Positions 60,702 through 64,000 of a DNA stretch of 64,000 nucleotides are shown piece by piece. The stretch's first letter is position 1, and the number at the start of each line of letters is the position of its first letter. The translations under genes were made by a program, and so were the position numbers. The stretch comes from Candidatus Poribacteria bacterium (GTDB lineage: Bacteria; Poribacteria; WGA-4E; WGA-3G), in the NCBI GenBank assembly GCA_965197475.1, contig CBDANF010000003.1:352001-416000 (forward strand), in the 5' to 3' direction. Under the pieces are notes generated by a model. The model did not search any database and was not told where the DNA came from. It saw nothing but the letters and a program-made list of their open reading frames with translations.

Positions 60702-61394
60702 TTAAACTTCAGTCCGCATCGCTTCAGCAGGTGGAAGTTTCGCAGCACGCCATGCTGGGAACGATGAGCCGATAATAGCCAAAATCATACCGAGCACGCA
60801 TCCGAATAGGATAAGCAACAGCACACCGATTCGCATTGGTCCGTCCTCAGGTGTAGCAGGCAACAACGGAAAATAAAAGAATAGGTCAAGCCCATAGTCT
60901 TTCAGTCCTAAACCGACAGCACCCAATGTACCGATAAGCGCGCCGATAAGCGCGCCAGCGAATCCTTGAAAGCCGGACTCAAGCAGGAACAGTCGCACCA
61001 CAAATCCGTCCAGAGCACCGAGACATTTCATCGTTCCGATTTCACGGAACCGCTCGGTCACTGCCATCAGCATAGAGTTGGCAATCCCGACAACACAGAC
61101 AATAAGGGACATGATAATAAGCCACACATCCTTAGTTGAAATCCCTTGCTCAATAGTTTCATCGAGATTGGTAATAGTAGAACTTCGTCCGCTTTCTTGT
61201 AGGGCAAGGTCAATTTCATTGTTTGTCCAGACGGAAACGAGGAAAGCGATGCCAAGCGTAATTCCGGCGGTAGTGATGACAGAACGACCGAAGCGGATCT
61301 TTAGGCTTTGAAAACTTATCCGTAACGATTCTAAAAATGGGAGATCAATCTGTTCCTCAATCGGTGCTTTCTGATCCAAATTTTTGCTCCTCAA
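60702..61394 (-). CDS. FtsX-like ABC permease
   Basis: GIANSMLMAVTERFREIGTMKCLGA and PAWRAAKLPPAEAMR. Confidence 0.88.
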   Translation of the reverse strand: MRSKNLDQKAPIEEQIDLPFLESLRISFQSLKIRFGRSVITTAGITLGIAFLVSVWTNNEIDLALQESGRSSTITNLDETIEQGISTKDVWLIIMSLIVCVVGIANSMLMAVTERFREIGTMKCLGALDGFVVRLFLLESGFQGFAGALIGALIGTLGAVGLGLKDYGLDLFFYFPLLPATPEDGPMRIGVLLLILFGCVLGMILAIIGSSFPAWRAAKLPPAEAMRTEV

Positions 61395-61483
61395 TAATAT
61401 TTATTCAAATTATTATATCAAATTTTCAGTTTAAGGTCAAGTTTTGTTGAATGTCGGCAGGCCTATTTAGTTTTCCGAATATT

Positions 61484-61625
61484 GTAGGAACGATCTCTGA
61501 ATCGCGACCTGTTACAGGTTGTAGGAGCGATCTCCGCATCGCGACCTTCAACCTCCGAATACGCTTTGTCTGGAATCGGAGTTCCCACCTACCGCGATAA
61601 GTCGGGAATTAGACTTTCCTCCTAC
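61484..61625. repeat. Cluster of four GTAGG REP-like palindromes (two direct, two inverted)
   Basis: GTAGGAACGATCTCTGAATCGCGAC (61484) and GTAGGAGCGATCTCCGCATCGCGAC (61521); inverted ...CCCACCTAC (61592) and ...TTCCTCCTAC (61625). Confidence 0.65.
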
Positions 61626-61729
61626 TCTTGACAAACACGGATAAAAACCGAAAACTAAATAGCTCTGGAATGTCGTATAGGGTCATTTATTGGGCGAGGT
61701 CAACAGTTAACAATACCCAATGCAGCTTA

Positions 61730-62383
61730 TTAAACACGCCGCTCAATAGACCAATGCCGATCCGTGCTTTGCACCACAACAGCACCCGGCATATCCATCT
61801 GTGTCAGCATCTGATTAACTTCGGTCAGTGTAAACGAGGCAAGGAAGGAATCGTAATAGAGTTTCTGTTGGTAGGGAGTGTCATCAGCAGCATAGCGGTC
61901 AACAAACGCTTGCGCATCTGTCATCGTTTCAGGACGGATAAGGTCACGAATTAAAACCATGCCGTTTCCTTTGACAACTCTGCCCATCTCTTGAAGTGCT
62001 TTCATAGCATCATGGATATGATGCACAATGCTGTTGGAGATAAGTCCATCAAAAGTGTTGTCGGGATAGGGTAAGGTTTTGGCATCAACGTGTTCAAGTG
62101 TAATACGGTCAGTGAGACCGGCATCTGCGACGTGCCGTTTCGCTATCTTTAACATCTCTTCGGATAGGTCAATACCGGTGATGTGAATATCCGGACATTT
62201 TTGCGCAAGTAGAATCGGAATTTGTGCGGGACCTGTGCCGACATCAAGGAAATGTCCGGTTGACGCACCGAGTGCCATAACGCGATCAACAAAAGCATGG
62301 TCAACTTCACCGTGCCCCATCGCATCGTAAGCCTCGGCGGCTTCTGCTGTATCCATCACTTCTGGTTCTACAATTCGGTTCAT
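61730..62383 (-). CDS. Class I SAM-dependent methyltransferase
   Basis: LDVGTGPA, GIDLSEEML, LPYPDNTFD, SNSIVHH. Confidence 0.9.
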   Translation of the reverse strand: MNRIVEPEVMDTAEAAEAYDAMGHGEVDHAFVDRVMALGASTGHFLDVGTGPAQIPILLAQKCPDIHITGIDLSEEMLKIAKRHVADAGLTDRITLEHVDAKTLPYPDNTFDGLISNSIVHHIHDAMKALQEMGRVVKGNGMVLIRDLIRPETMTDAQAFVDRYAADDTPYQQKLYYDSFLASFTLTEVNQMLTQMDMPGAVVVQSTDRHWSIERRV

Positions 62384-63164
62384 TCCCCAATTCCTTGATG
62401 AGTTTAGCGACAGTCAGCGCGTTTTGCCGAATCTGGTCAGGTTGAAATTGGGTATACATCCCAACCGCCATCGCATCTGTCGGTTTGATGTTTTCAAGGG
62501 CAAACTGAAAAGCGTCATTTGGTTCGTTTCTGCCAGCCGCCAACACCTTTATGGCAATCACAGGCACTGACATCGCTTTGATGGTCGCAACTGCAGTATC
62601 ACGGTCACTCGGCAGATAGAGTTCTCTATGCTGTGTATGATTATACAACGCACAAACATAAAAGTCAACGTCATATTCTTCTGTGTAGCAATGTTTAAGG
62701 ATTTGCGGGTCATGTGTGCCGATACCAGCTGCACATCCGAGATCTCGAATACGGTTGAGGCTATCTTGAAGCAAATTGAGTCGTCCTTCAGCATACAACT
62801 TATCTGTGGTGCCTCCGTGATGGTAGATTGCAATCGGATGATAACGCGAAATAATTTTAAGATAAGCATTGAGGTCACTGTACTCTGTCGCCTTTGGTGT
62901 CTGTGCAATCCACTGAATAGTGCCACCCGCATTCCAATATTCGTTAAGCGTGCGCATGATGTGTTTGTCTGCACGAGCAAGCACGGTGTTGATCCCGTTC
63001 TGTTCCGCTTGTGCAAGGTCCGCCATAATTTGGCGTGTCGTATAGTAATCCTCCATCGCTTTTGAGGCAGCGAGGGAATAGTGCGAAATGCCACTATACG
63101 GATTACCACCGATTATGAGGCGCGTGACGCGATGCAATGCAATGGAAATTGTCGGTAATTTCAC
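62307..63164 (-). CDS. Hypothetical protein, aldo/keto-reductase-like TIM barrel
   Basis: VTRLIIGGNP, AGIGTH, IAIKVLAAGR; the 3' end overlaps the methyltransferase by 77 bp. Confidence 0.65.
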   Translation of the reverse strand: MKLPTISIALHRVTRLIIGGNPYSGISHYSLAASKAMEDYYTTRQIMADLAQAEQNGINTVLARADKHIMRTLNEYWNAGGTIQWIAQTPKATEYSDLNAYLKIISRYHPIAIYHHGGTTDKLYAEGRLNLLQDSLNRIRDLGCAAGIGTHDPQILKHCYTEEYDVDFYVCALYNHTQHRELYLPSDRDTAVATIKAMSVPVIAIKVLAAGRNEPNDAFQFALENIKPTDAMAVGMYTQFQPDQIRQNALTVAKLIKELGNEPNCRTRSDGYSRSRRGLRCDGAR

Positions 63165-63349
63165 AGGACCAGTTCCTCAAATATTTAAAAAAGTCTGTTG
63201 GAAATTAAGCAGCCATGCTAAACTTAATAGTATAATAGCAATTTGTGTGCCAATTTTTCTCATATATCAAAATCATTCGCATATACACCAAAACAAGCCA
63301 TCAGACAAGGAAAAAGAAATGCGAATGGGTTTTTGAAGATACTTCTAAC

Positions 63350-63395
63350 TGCACAAAATGGGGCGTAGTAACACACAAATGCACAAATTTGTGCA
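63350..63395. promoter_or_regulatory. Two enhancer-like (bEBP, NtrC-type) sites
   Basis: TGCACAAAATGGGGCG (63350-63365) and the perfect palindrome TGCACAAATTTGTGCA (63380-63395), 30 bp apart. Confidence 0.5.
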
Positions 63396-63455
63396 GAAGC
63401 AATGAATATTACCAAGTCATGCAATTCACTAAAGTGTTTGTGATTCTTTCAATTC

Positions 63456-63470
63456 TGGCACGAAAATTGC
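63456..63470 (+). promoter_or_regulatory. Sigma-54 promoter (-24/-12)
   Basis: TGGCACGAAAATTGC, an exact match to TGGCACG-N4-TTGC. Confidence 0.75.
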
Positions 63471-63566
63471 GCCAAATTCTTGCAACAAATGCTTTTTGAC
63501 ACAACCCAGTCACATAGGTAAAATTTTGTAAGTTCGACTCTCTCACTAACATAGGAGGCATTCCTC

Positions 63567-64000
63567 ATGAAATCCGACATTTCCAAAAAAATCATAATAG
63601 GTTTAATAGCGGTTATATCCTTTACTGCTTTTTACTGCTCAATACGGATTGTTAATGCCAAAGAGGTAGATGAATCGGAATTCACTGTAAAATCGTTCGT
63701 ACACGGTTCTGAGGTTGATGGAGCGGCTGATTTTTTGATAACACTCTCTAAACCCATAATTGATGAAAATCTACTTTTCACTGAATTGCCGAGTAATGCA
63801 ATTCAGATCACACCGGAACTTCAAGGAAAAGCAAGATGGGTGGCACGCAATAAAATCGGTTTCTATTTAGAAAGTGCTTTGGCACCATCTGTTAATTACA
63901 CTTTTGAACTTTCAACAAAACTGAATCCAACTGCTGATTTTGTTCTCACGGGGAAGCAAAAGTTTACCTATTCAACAGAACCATTTAAGGTGGAACGCGC
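63567..64000 (+). CDS. N-terminus of a probable bacterial alpha-2-macroglobulin family (Ig-like/MG domain) protein, truncated by the window edge
   Basis: AGGAGG RBS; signal-like N-terminus; ITPELQGKARWV..IGF...LAPSVNYTF..STEPFKV resembles N-terminal Ig-like domains of bacterial A2Ms. Confidence 0.6.
   Translation, partial: MKSDISKKIIIGLIAVISFTAFYCSIRIVNAKEVDESEFTVKSFVHGSEVDGAADFLITLSKPIIDENLLFTELPSNAIQITPELQGKARWVARNKIGFYLESALAPSVNYTFELSTKLNPTADFVLTGKQKFTYSTEPFKVER

Noticed and set aside
61484-61625. CRISPR array
   Set aside because: Only two similar direct units, a 12-bp gap, inverted partners and no cas genes; it fits REP elements better.
63500-63550. tRNA-like GTTCGACTC motif
   Set aside because: No cloverleaf, acceptor stem or D-arm can be formed around it.

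Overview
Bacterial chromosomal window with moderately low GC. It is most likely Candidatus Poribacteria, inferred from protein families (PhyH dioxygenase, several Gfo/Idh/MocA enzymes, an internalin-LRR protein ending in a GKxTTTWAxLK motif, ECF sigma-WD40 fusions); no marker-gene search was run. Housekeeping blocks are rpsF-ssb-rpsR-rplI-dnaB-mlaEFD-radA-PIN/TRAM-ispD-ispF-cysS, dprA-accA, sucC-pgk-proS, sucD-panB and iolG. Accessory content includes a stand-alone Hhe-like DUF4011-helicase-nuclease gene, hicAB, an orphan antitoxin, a lipoprotein cluster with a tandem duplication, an ORFan island and decayed ISAs1 and IS630 elements. A secreted metalloprotease-LRR gene is broken at two simple-sequence repeats. 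The most striking feature is a tandem array of three ~1000-aa membrane-anchored ECF sigma / TM / WD40-propeller genes. They have conserved sigma heads, divergent propellers, a mosaic pattern of similarity and a shared GCACCC-N17-YGTCAC putative autoregulatory promoter. Intergenic DNA carries several families of ~90-150 bp MITE shells, each holding a REP-like palindrome. A consensus sigma-54 promoter with two enhancer-like sites precedes a probable alpha-2-macroglobulin gene at the right edge. No rRNA, tRNA, CRISPR array or reverse transcriptase was seen.
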